64,000 nt of DNA from Thermoplasmatota archaeon (GTDB lineage Archaea; Thermoplasmatota; Penumbrarchaeia; Penumbrarchaeales; Penumbrarchaeaceae). Location: positions 4,602-68,601 of the forward strand of contig JARVGK010000010.1 of NCBI GenBank assembly GCA_029762535.1, read 5' to 3'. The notes under the pieces are model-generated. The model worked only from the letters and a program-made list of their open reading frames with translations. It made no database searches and was not told the DNA's origin. How positions within the stretch are numbered: the first letter of the stretch is position 1; the number at the start of each line of letters is the position of its first letter. Made by a program: the position numbers and the translations under genes. This document shows, one piece after another, positions 48,926 through 58,900 of the stretch.

Positions 48926-50516
48926 GGGCCGTGTAATGTCCCGATGCTGTGAGTATCGAGAGCACTCTTCCGTTCGTCCCGTCCACAACGACGGCATGGA
49001 CCGTCTTGGGATCCCTCGCATCGTTGACGGAGGAGACGAAGAGGTCCGCGCCCTGGGCCCTGCTCAAGCCCAGAACGTTGAAGAGGAGGACCGAGGTCAC
49101 GTTCGCTCCGAGGCTGCGGGAAACGACCCTTAGCTCGTATGATGCGGCGTACTGTCCGCCTGCGAAGAACCTGCTCGAGTGAGGCGATGATCGAAGGACG
49201 GATTCATGGTCCTTGAGCGATATCAGGTCCCTTCCCCGGACCCCGTATTCGTTGGATGTGTGCCTGGCCGCAGATAGCAGACCGAGCCTTTTCATATCAA
49301 GACGGTCCCCGCCTGCTTGAGAGGCGACCTCGAAATTCACGGCGGGATGGTGATAGCCCGTATCCCTTCCGGAGGTAAGGGTGATGTTCCAGATCATCGA
49401 TCCGGAGGGACCGCGGCTCTCGTTGCGGTAATATCTCATATCGGTGAACGTCACGCCGGGCTCGTCCCGGACGAAGGCATCGATGAGGGGGCTGTTGGAC
49501 CTGGCGTGCTCAAGGGTTTCTTTTGGCGTGAACCTCAGGGAGGTCTCACCTCCGTCCCTGGGCACCTCAGCGACGGGGAGCGGGACCGTTGCCGTTGGGC
49601 GATCATCCCTTACGCTGGTTATCGTAGAGAAGCCAACGGGCGCCCCCTGACCAACGGTCCAATCGATGAGCCTTGTTCGCAGGGTCATATGAAAGCTCAG
49701 TTCACCCTCCGTGCTGGGATACGCACCGCTGCATTCCAGGTAATACTCCTCGGGCCATGGGGCCTTCTCCGTGAAGGCCGCGCTCATCACAAGGTGTAAG
49801 TTCGTATGGTTGGCCTTGGTACTGAACAGGATACTAGGGACGGGGCCTTCATAGGAGGTCCGGACCGAGTACTCCAACCTCGCGTCCTTTATGTTCAGCC
49901 CCAATTCGTCCAGGGACAGGTCCATATCGGTCTCGCCTGATACCCAGGACCCATCCCCCGAGTATAGTTCCGCCATCCTCATCCATATCATATCGGTCCA
50001 GAGCCCTCCGTGGTCCAGCAGTTCCAGATGTACCGATGATGCCGGGTAGGAACCAGAACCTGGCCGGTCCACGCTGACCTTCGTGTCCAATGTGGTGCCT
50101 TGAAGCGACGCTTCAGGATAACTTATCAGCCTCGACCTCTCTATGGACCCCGACAGGGGTTGTGAGGGTTTGGAGGAGGTTTCGTATCTGGTCTTGAAGG
50201 TGCCCGAGAGCGTCTGTTTGTATGCGTCACCGTATACCATATTGGTGGCCCTGGCATCCATCGAATACGATCCCGAGCTCGTTGTATCGGCCCTGCCGAT
50301 ATCAAGAGTTAGATTTTGCTCGGCTATGAAAAGCGATCCCGCCCTGAGATGGGGTATCTGAGGGAGATAAGGACCTCCATCTGGCATGCTTCCCTCCATC
50401 CAGGGTGGGACCGGGCCCTCGGTCAGATCGTTCTCGTACAGGGTCAGGGCTGCGTTTATCAGCACCGCGGCCGAAAGGAGTGCGTATATGGCGACCCTGG
50501 TTTCCAGTAGGACCAA
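48894..50516 (-). CDS. Secreted hypothetical protein (N-terminal signal/TM, no C-terminal anchor).
   Basis: N-terminal hydrophobic segment VAIYALLSAAVLINAALTLY. No recognised domain. Confidence 0.45.
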   Translation of the reverse strand: MVLLETRVAIYALLSAAVLINAALTLYENDLTEGPVPPWMEGSMPDGGPYLPQIPHLRAGSLFIAEQNLTLDIGRADTTSSGSYSMDARATNMVYGDAYKQTLSGTFKTRYETSSKPSQPLSGSIERSRLISYPEASLQGTTLDTKVSVDRPGSGSYPASSVHLELLDHGGLWTDMIWMRMAELYSGDGSWVSGETDMDLSLDELGLNIKDARLEYSVRTSYEGPVPSILFSTKANHTNLHLVMSAAFTEKAPWPEEYYLECSGAYPSTEGELSFHMTLRTRLIDWTVGQGAPVGFSTITSVRDDRPTATVPLPVAEVPRDGGETSLRFTPKETLEHARSNSPLIDAFVRDEPGVTFTDMRYYRNESRGPSGSMIWNITLTSGRDTGYHHPAVNFEVASQAGGDRLDMKRLGLLSAARHTSNEYGVRGRDLISLKDHESVLRSSPHSSRFFAGGQYAASYELRVVSRSLGANVTSVLLFNVLGLSRAQGADLFVSSVNDARDPKTVHAVVVDGTNGRVLSILTASGHYTALIGPYVVIPA

Positions 50517-50551
50517 CTCCTTGAGTGAAGATGCATATCATTTATTATTAA

Positions 50552-52342
50552 CTATCCTCCGAATACAGCTGCGAGCTGCGAACCCTCAACGGATGTGACG
50601 TAGAGCAGCTGCCCCGTGTTCGCGTCCACGGCCGCGGAGAAGGTCGATCCCGTGGTCCATACCTCGCCGTACTGCATCCCGAAGGCGTTGTCCGCCCCGG
50701 GGGTGGTGATGCCGAGTATCTGTTCGACCAGGGCAAGGGACGGTATCGCGTTCCGGGAGATCCCTACTATGCCGTAGTAGTACTTGACCCCCTCGTTGAG
50801 GGTGTTCCCCGTATAGGCGTTGGCCCTGACATCGGCATCGAGCTTGATGATCCTCTCAGAGGCGGTGAGCGTCAGGATCTCCCTGTCCAGGTTCATGCTG
50901 TCTATATCCAGGTAACCCCTGGTCCTGCCGTGCCTTTCATCGCCCTCGTCCCTTGAGATGAACGTCGATACAACGCTCCCCGAGAGCTTCTGGTCCACGG
51001 AGCGGGCAACGAGTATCCTGTACCTCCACTCGGGCCACTCCTCGGTCTCACGATAATGGTCCCTGGCCTCTTCCCCGGATGCTACCAGGGAGAACGTGAG
51101 GTTCCACCACTGCGTGGTGTTCCTGCCGAGCCTGTCCTCCTTGGAGATGTTGAATACGGAATCCTCTATGACGATCGATCCCTTGGACCCGTACTCGTCC
51201 ATGAAGGCGTTCAGTTCCACAGAGCGGTCCAATGCGAAATCCATCGCCTGGTTCAATGTCCATCCGCTGAACGATGAGCGGTCCACGGCGGACCCGTCCC
51301 GGGGAGCGATATCCCATTCGGCGAACTCCCCACCTCCGTGCCTGTCGACATACCCTTCATCGTTCGATGCGTCGCCCCATGATATGGCTCTGTCCCCTCT
51401 TATGAGTGACCGATCCCCCGGATAGAGGTCCATCCCGAATTCGAGAACGATGTAGAAGGTCTCGTCCTCGTCGCTGAAGCTGGTGTTGCTCCTGGTATTT
51501 CCCTTGATGTAGAATGGCGAATCACCGGAGACGTAGATCGATCTCTCGAAGTTGAAGAAATCCCAGAATCGGGTGGTGACGTTGATGAGGTATGTGTCGT
51601 GTTCGCCCACCCTGTACGCCCCGTCCACCTGCCAGTCGTATATCCAGGAGGTCTCCTGGGAGCTGGCTGGAGGTATATACTGGCCTTTGGAGCTCTTGTA
51701 CAATACCTGCCCGCTGCCGTATATGGCGTCGTCCATTGATACCGCAGCATCTGCATTCGGGTCAGGATACGTCCTGAGGTCGGCTATATACGAGACGTCG
51801 GCCGGGATATTTCCGAACGAGGACCCGAGGCCATTGATGCTCAGGGAGCCGCTGTTCGTCGCCATAAGCTGATGCCCGTCGAGCAGGTTGACGAAATCCG
51901 ATCGGTCCACCTCGATGTTCCCGGGTATGACCACGGTGTCCTTGTCGTTGCCCTCTATCCTCATCTGGAAATTCGCCCTCGTGGAATAAACGGTCTTTAT
52001 GGACATATGCGACTTGAGGAACCCGTCCTTGACGGTTTCCGGTTCGTCGATATACTGTAGGAACTCCCCCTCGCCCGTTAACGTGTACCGCTGCCACTCG
52101 CCGCTGGTGCGGTTCTCGTAGAACATCTGAGCGAATAGCTTGTAGGTGTACTTGGCCTGGTCGCCTATCATCATTTCCGGCACGGTAAGTGAGGAGGGCC
52201 CTTCTATGCTCACGATGGAATCCCCGCCTCCGCCACCGGGCCCGTTCCCGTGATCATCTCCGAATATCACAACGCCTGTCAGAACTATCCCCAGGTTAGC
52301 AAAAAGGGCTATGATCGCGACGATGATGGCCAGGAACCTCAT
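50552..52342 (-). CDS. Secreted hypothetical protein (N-terminal TM/signal followed by a Gly-rich linker).
   Basis: N-terminus MRFLAIIVAIIALFANLGIVLTGVVIFG then GNGPGGGGGDS. No recognised domain. Confidence 0.45.
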   Translation of the reverse strand: MRFLAIIVAIIALFANLGIVLTGVVIFGDDHGNGPGGGGGDSIVSIEGPSSLTVPEMMIGDQAKYTYKLFAQMFYENRTSGEWQRYTLTGEGEFLQYIDEPETVKDGFLKSHMSIKTVYSTRANFQMRIEGNDKDTVVIPGNIEVDRSDFVNLLDGHQLMATNSGSLSINGLGSSFGNIPADVSYIADLRTYPDPNADAAVSMDDAIYGSGQVLYKSSKGQYIPPASSQETSWIYDWQVDGAYRVGEHDTYLINVTTRFWDFFNFERSIYVSGDSPFYIKGNTRSNTSFSDEDETFYIVLEFGMDLYPGDRSLIRGDRAISWGDASNDEGYVDRHGGGEFAEWDIAPRDGSAVDRSSFSGWTLNQAMDFALDRSVELNAFMDEYGSKGSIVIEDSVFNISKEDRLGRNTTQWWNLTFSLVASGEEARDHYRETEEWPEWRYRILVARSVDQKLSGSVVSTFISRDEGDERHGRTRGYLDIDSMNLDREILTLTASERIIKLDADVRANAYTGNTLNEGVKYYYGIVGISRNAIPSLALVEQILGITTPGADNAFGMQYGEVWTTGSTFSAAVDANTGQLLYVTSVEGSQLAAVFGG

Positions 52343-52488
52343 TCTTTATCACCAATGGCTTTCATAAGGTTCCATTATTATATGATATTTTAGGGTGAAA
52401 TGTGATGTTCTATCCCGTTGAGCGTCCATCAACTGTTCGGGAAACCATATATCTACGTTCATTTCTCTCCCCCTGAAAAGGTGATGAG

Positions 52489-53412
52489 ATGACACAGGAA
52501 TTCGATCTCGCGATAATCGGGGGAGGACCGGCCGGTATGACCGCCGCCATATATGCGGGCAGGTCGGGGTTGAGGGCGGCGGTCCTGGAAAAGGCGATGG
52601 CCGGGGGCCAGATTGCGCTTTCGTATCTTATCGAGAACTGGCCAGGGGACGCCGAGATCTCCGGAGCGGACCTTAGCGCCAGGATGAGGGGCCATGCGGA
52701 GCGATACGCCTCCATCATCGAGTTCTCGGAGATCACCTCGATAGAAAAGGAGGATGTGTTCGTGATAGATACTCCCGAGGGGAAGCTGAGGGCGAGGGCG
52801 GTCCTTATCGCCACCGGGGCGGAGCACAGGAAGCTTGGGGTTCCGGGCGAGGAGGGGCTTGGCGGAAGGGGGGTAAGCTACTGTGCCACCTGCGACGGGT
52901 TCTTCTTCAAAGGGAAGAGGGTGCTCGTTGTCGGAGGCGGCAACACCGCCGTCGAATACGCCATATATCTGCACAACATCGGATGCGACGTGTCCCTGGT
53001 CCACCGCAGGGGCGAGCTCAGGGCCGAGATGAAGATGCAGGAGGAGCTCGGAAAGAGGGATATCCAGGTCATATGGAACAGCGTTGTCCTCGAGTTCAGA
53101 GGCGATGGAACTCTGAAGGAGGTCCTGCTCAGGGACAAGTTATCTGGCGTGGAGAGGACCGTTGAGGCGGACGGGGTGTTCGTAGCCGTAGGTGAGGTCC
53201 CCAACAACGAGATCCCGAAGAGGCTGGGTCTCGACCTCGACCCTGATGGATACGTGATCGTGGACAGGATGATGAGGACATCGATCCCGGGGATATACGC
53301 TGCAGGCGATGTTACCGGGGGATTGAAGCAGGTCGTGGTCGCCGCCGGGGAGGGGGCCATAGCCGCAACGACGGCCTTCGAGGACCTCAGGGAGCCTTAC
53401 TGGATAGGATGA
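52489..53412 (+). CDS. trxB: Thioredoxin-disulfide reductase.
   Basis: FAD motif FDLAIIGGGPAGMTAAIYAGRSG, redox-active CATCDG, and NAD(P) motif VVGGGNTAVEYAIYL. Confidence 0.85.
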   Translation: MTQEFDLAIIGGGPAGMTAAIYAGRSGLRAAVLEKAMAGGQIALSYLIENWPGDAEISGADLSARMRGHAERYASIIEFSEITSIEKEDVFVIDTPEGKLRARAVLIATGAEHRKLGVPGEEGLGGRGVSYCATCDGFFFKGKRVLVVGGGNTAVEYAIYLHNIGCDVSLVHRRGELRAEMKMQEELGKRDIQVIWNSVVLEFRGDGTLKEVLLRDKLSGVERTVEADGVFVAVGEVPNNEIPKRLGLDLDPDGYVIVDRMMRTSIPGIYAAGDVTGGLKQVVVAAGEGAIAATTAFEDLREPYWIG

Positions 53413-53745
53413 TCATTCCTCGTCCTCTTTGCCGCCGTCCATGAGGCGCTCGCCGAAGGCGATGGTCTCCAGCGTCCTTGCGACCCAAAGCCTGTTGGAA
53501 TGCCGGTCCACATCCTCCCTCATGCGTATCTCGGACTCGATCTGCATCCGCACCAGATGGTATCTGTACTTCTCGATCTCGGTATCCTCGACGATCTCCT
53601 CGACCATCATCGGAAGCGAATGCGGATCGTCCATGACCCGCGCTATCTTCTGAAGCAGGGGAGGGATCTTGGATGGTACCTCGCCTGCGCACAGGACCCG
53701 CAGGGTCCCGTCCTCGTTGGACCTCTTTCTTGACTGGGCATCCAT
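53413..53745 (-). CDS. Small hypothetical protein (110 aa) convergent with trxB.
   Basis: Non-repetitive composition, unlike the overlapping Arg/Pro-rich alternative frames. No recognised motif. Confidence 0.3.
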   Translation of the reverse strand: MDAQSRKRSNEDGTLRVLCAGEVPSKIPPLLQKIARVMDDPHSLPMMVEEIVEDTEIEKYRYHLVRMQIESEIRMREDVDRHSNRLWVARTLETIAFGERLMDGGKEDEE

Positions 53746-54734
53746 GTCATATCACCCGGGAACCATGTAATGAAAAGGTCGTATAACATACTTGGCATGG
53801 ACCCATTTGCCGGCTTGTAAAACATCGCCTCGGCCCTCCCGGAAAAGGCCGAAAAATCAATAGGAATAAATATGCGAACCCCCGCATTTCCGATGGAGAC
53901 GCCGTCCTCCCAAGTGCCCTTCGCGCTCGGATAGGACCCTGGACTTGGACCAACCCTTCCTCATACTGGCTGCGGTGTATGATGCGGCGATCCCCCTGAT
54001 ATGGAACATGGTTTCCATTTCCATTGGAACATCCGAAGAACCGTTATATAGCACCGGTTCCTCTACCATCTTTGCCTGGGACGGGTGAACTCCAACGGTC
54101 CACGTTGTCCGGATCGGAGCGACCCAACCCAACGCTATCAGGCACCCATCCGACCGGATCCCTTGGGGTCCAAACCGATGGGATGCGAAGCATACCAAAG
54201 ACCTGGGCTTCTGTCCTTGTCCAAGGTGATGCGAGGAAGTGCAGGGCCCCTTCGAAGCGCCCGCAAAATGATGCCTTCGGGCAACCTGATGCGAAGCCCT
54301 TCGATACCTTCCCTCCGGGGAAGGAGGCGCTGCCGCAGAGGCATGATCCCTCCGGGATCATTTCCCCCCCTGGGAAATGGTCACCACCGGAGATCCTCCC
54401 CGCAAGGGACGGATCACGGGATCCAAAGCGACCCAAAAGGAAGGAAACCTCGGTTTCCCGGACCTGGATCGAAAAGAAATGCAGGAAAGGTCGGCCCCGC
54501 CGATCCTCCTCTCTCCAACGATCCATCTTCGCGGGCCTTAAAAACCCGAACCCTATGGAAAGCTCGGATCCCTACGGGTGAAATACCTCATCCCGCATTC
54601 GCTTTCGCTTCCAGACCCCGTCTGGAACGCCTGGGGCTGTTCACACGGCCCGGAGCGTAGGGAGACCAGGCCGTTGGGGGAGGCGTCCTCGGACCCTCCC
54701 CCAACGTCATTTTTGGACGTTTTTCCTTGAACAT

Positions 54735-54750
54735 CTATTAATATATAATC
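54735..54750 (+). promoter_or_regulatory. TATA-like element (CTATTAATATATAATC) 15-30 nt upstream of the GTG start of the aminotransferase gene.
   Basis: AT-rich block read directly in the sequence; the only such element at the end of the 1-kb gap. Confidence 0.4.
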
Positions 54751-54764
54751 ATGATACATGCCCG

Positions 54765-55934
54765 GTGATCTCGACGTTCTCCAAGAGGATCCGGGAGCTC
54801 GCTCCCTCCGGTACCGTGATGCTTGCGAACAGGATTAAGAAGCTCAAATCCAAGGGAGTGGACATAATCTCCTTTAACCTGGGCGAGCCGGATTTCGACA
54901 CGCCACCCAAAGTGGTGGAGGCCGCGAAGCATGCTCTGGACCGCGGCGATACACATTACACGCCCTCCCTCGGGACAAACGAGCTGAGGTCCGCGGTGGC
55001 GGACCATGTATGGAACAAGAACGGGATCCCGGCAAAAGTTGACAATGTCATGATAATGCCGGCCAAGTTCGCCCTTTACGCGGCACTGCAGGCGCTTGTG
55101 GACGTCGGTGACGAGGTCATATACCCCGACCCTGGTTGGGTATCGTACGGCCCCATGGTGCAGCTGGCGGGAGGCGTCTGCCGTCCGGTCAGAATGATAA
55201 ACGACGGATATTGGCACTGGAGGCCAAAGGACATCGAGGACGCCATAAACGACCGGACCAGGGCCATCATCATCAACACGCCCTCGAACCCAACGGGCAG
55301 TGTGATGTCCTTGAAGGACCTGGAGCAGATAGCGGCCATCGCCAAGGACCACGACCTCTACGTCATATCCGATGAGATATACGAGGACCTGATCTACGAT
55401 GGCAAGCACTGCTCCATCGCATCTCTGTTCGGTATGGCCGATCGGACCCTCACCGTATCGGGTCTTTCGAAAAGCTATGCCATGACGGGTTGGAGGTTGG
55501 GGTGGCTCATCGCCGACAGGGAGATCATAAAGATGGTGAACAAACTGCAGCAGCATTCCCTCACTTGCCTTCCCGGATTCATCCAGCAGGCGGCGGTGAC
55601 CGCCCTTTCGGAGAGCGAGAGCGTGGAGGCCATGCGAAAGGAGTTCATGGAGAGGAGGGACATGCTCGTGCCGCTCATCAACTCGATACCCGGCCTCTCA
55701 TGCGAGACCCCCCAGGGCGCCTTCTACGCCTTCTTCAAGGCGGACCTCGGATACGATTCCATGACGCTCTCCGAGATGCTGATAGACAGGGCCAACGTCG
55801 CCCTTACGCCCGGATCCGCCTTCGGAGAGGGAGGGGAGGGTTACCTGCGCATGTCCTATGCCGCCAGCCGCGAGGACATAGCGGAGGGAATGAGGCGTAT
55901 CAAGGAGGTCGCTGAAGGTATAATGTCCGCTTGA
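54765..55934 (+). CDS. Aspartate/aromatic aminotransferase (class I/II PLP-dependent).
   Basis: ISFNLGEPDFDTP, the PLP-lysine region SKSYAMTGWRLGW, and an NTPSNPTG-type motif. GTG start at 54765. Confidence 0.8.
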   Translation: MISTFSKRIRELAPSGTVMLANRIKKLKSKGVDIISFNLGEPDFDTPPKVVEAAKHALDRGDTHYTPSLGTNELRSAVADHVWNKNGIPAKVDNVMIMPAKFALYAALQALVDVGDEVIYPDPGWVSYGPMVQLAGGVCRPVRMINDGYWHWRPKDIEDAINDRTRAIIINTPSNPTGSVMSLKDLEQIAAIAKDHDLYVISDEIYEDLIYDGKHCSIASLFGMADRTLTVSGLSKSYAMTGWRLGWLIADREIIKMVNKLQQHSLTCLPGFIQQAAVTALSESESVEAMRKEFMERRDMLVPLINSIPGLSCETPQGAFYAFFKADLGYDSMTLSEMLIDRANVALTPGSAFGEGGEGYLRMSYAASREDIAEGMRRIKEVAEGIMSA

Positions 55935-55936
55935 CC

Positions 55937-58900
55937 TCAATCGATCTCGTATGCCTCGACCGAAGCCCGATCCGCTGTATCCCTCTCCCTCCTCCTGATG
56001 ATGAAGAAGGCGGCGGAAGCGGCGGATGCTAATAAAAGGACCCCTGCCAGGACGAATATCCAAACCCGGCACTGTACCGAGAACGTCACGGATGCGGTTT
56101 CACGGTTCCCGGCGGCATCCCTCGCCTCCACCGTGAGATAATGCTTTCCTGTCCCTGCCTCGATCGTCCTTTCGGTCGCCGGCGACCAGTCGGAGAGGAC
56201 ACGTCCACCTTCGACCACCCTGTATTCCACGGGGAAAGCGTCATCGGTCCCGGCCATTGAGAGTATTAAGACGTTTCGCCCGACGCGGGACGTCTTCACC
56301 TCGAGTCGGGGCGCTAACACATCGTAGCGTATCTCCGAAAGACCTACCTCGCCCGCGTTCCCGGCCAGGTCCACAGCGAAATAGTTCAATAGGTATATTC
56401 CCTCCTCCCCTGGCATCGGGACGCTGCCTTCATAACGAACGGGATCCCCTCCGAAGTAGTAGAACAGTTCCACGTCCTCATCCGAGGACAAGGAAATGAC
56501 TGGTGCGGTCCTGAATATGCCGTTGGTCATATCCCCTGAAAGCTCCATTATAGCAATCGGGGGGTTCGTATCGACCTTGAGGGTGCGCCGGAACATCGGG
56601 CTTTGCCAACCCGCCGGATCGACGGCGTAGGCCTCCAGCTCGTGCTCGCCCTCATCGATACGTATGGAGGAGAAATATCCGGTCCAGGGGCCCTGATCGA
56701 TGCGGTACCGGACCTCGGAGGCGATGTTGTCGTAAGCCTTCATCTCGACTCTCGGGGAGGTGACGTGTATCCCGTTCCTGCCGTCCGGTTCGTCCGGATG
56801 GACGAATGCCTCCAGAACTGGCGGGGATGCGTCCACGAGAACGGGATAGGTGTGGACCAATCCGATGTTCCCTGCAGCGTCGAAAGCCCTGTATTGCAGC
56901 GTGTGGGAGCCTTCCGGCAGCCTTATGGGCGCAGAATACGGCTCGAAATCCGATCTCGGATCTAGCCTGAACTGAACTGAAGCCCCATCCTCCGAGCTCT
57001 CGAGGACCAGCAGGGGCCTCGTCCTGTACCAGCTGTCGAGGCCGTCCGGTGAGACGGGGGACAGCAGATGCGATGCCTCGGGCGGCGTGGAATCGATCAG
57101 GAAGGAGGTCTCGGTGACGTTCGATGACCTCCCCGAACCATCGACAGCATAAACCCTCAGGACATGGGACCCATCCGGTACGTAGAACGGACCGTCATAT
57201 TCTCGGTAAGGCCCCCCGTCAAGGGAGTGTAACGCCGCCACGGGCGCCCCCTCGTCATAAACCGGAGTTATCGTTATCATGGGCTCGGAGATATAATGTC
57301 CTCCCTTACCGTCCGGGGTCTCGGGGCTTGTATACATCTCGAAGGCGGGATCCTTCAGATCAATCCTTATCGTGTGATGGCGCTCCTGTTCCAGGTTCTT
57401 AGCTATGTCCTCCGCGAAGTAGTGCACCTGGAACTCACCCTCCTCCTCCAGAGTGAACGTGAAATCGTTCGTCTCGTTGAGCTCTATCGTCGTTCCAGCG
57501 CCTATCCTGGCATGGACCACCCCCTTCTCGTCGGGGGCGATCCTGACCGAGACAGGGGAATGGAACCATCCGTTCTCCCCTTCCGGTTCAGAGGGATCGG
57601 TCGTAAGGAACGATGTGGGAGGGATCGTGTCCGCCACTCTGAATGCCGTGACAACTGGCCTGTGATCGTGCTTGCGTGCGCTCACGTTGATCTCGCAGAA
57701 CCAGCGGATGGACAGGTCGAACGCCGCCTCCCCGAACTGATCGGTCACTCCGTTCGCGAATACCCCCATCTGGAAGTTCTCCAGCGTCACGTTCACGCCT
57801 GGTACGGGAAGGTTATCCCGGTCCCTGACCTCTACTATGACGTGAGGGTCCAGGTCGTTCTCGTGCCTGATCTCGACATCGAACGAATTTACCGGCCCGG
57901 TCCATAGCTCGAGTGCGGTCTCACCGAGCATGTTGTACTCGAGCCAGCACATCGACACCTCTGAGTTGCCGCTGTTCTTGAACTGTCCCCCCCAGACCTC
58001 GGCGTAATGACCCTTGGCGTCCTTGAACGCCCTGCCCATAACGTACTCGCCAAGGCTTCCGACCTGCCTCGCGAGATCCTCCTGCAGCCCGTTGACGTAG
58101 GGAAGATACCTGTTCATACCTATGATGCCCACCGAGGTCCTCGATGACCCGGCGTAACCCGCGGCCCCTCCGCGGACGTTCTCTGTAAAGGATTCACCTA
58201 TGCATTCCCCGAACCACTGGTCGCTGCCGGAGCTGTCGTCGAACCAGGTCGTCAGACATGCCAATGTGGAGACCAGGGGCATCATCGCATCGTTCTCGAG
58301 CTTCGAGGCGTCACGGTCCCTGTATATCACTCCAGAACCGTAATTGTCGCACCAGACCGTCGGTCCACCGTGGTCGATGAACTGCACGAAACCCGCCCCG
58401 GGAGCGAGCGCTGAGTCCACTGCATTGATGGTGAGGTCCATATCGCTCTCGTATAGCTCGACCTTGTCGCCGTAGTGCCCTGATAGATGTTTGTTCCAGA
58501 GGTATTCGGAATGTGCGGGCCCGTCACCCTCGCTGTGGGTGTGTGCCGCGATGAGTACGGCCCTATCGGACCATGCCAGATCGCCAGGCCCCATCTCGTA
58601 CTCGATGATCTGCTCCACCTTGGCCTCCCATACTGATCCCTCGTTGATCGCGAGCCTGGACACGGATATGTCCGGGACTATGTCCTCGAGATCGCCGATC
58701 TCCGCGAATATCCCGTCCCCGTCCAGGTCCCAGGTCCCGTCCAGGCATGCAAAGTAGAAGTCCGCCGGAAGGTATCCGTCGTCCCAACCCGGATAAGGGT
58801 TGGCATCCTGGACCCTCTTTGTCGGGACGATGTCCCAGTCCCCGGCCAGAAGGACGTGCTCCAGCACCCCCCATCCGTAGTGAACGTCGCGAAGGTATTC

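Noticed and set aside
53746-54764. RNase P RNA P4-like motif (GGAAAGGUCGGCC) and SRP helix-8-like motif in the 1-kb gap
   Set aside because: The matches to the universal GGAAAGUCCGGGC / ACAGAA-CCGGCUUA P4 strands are imperfect, and I could not build a consistent pairing by eye. Kept only as a hypothesis in the findings, not as a feature.
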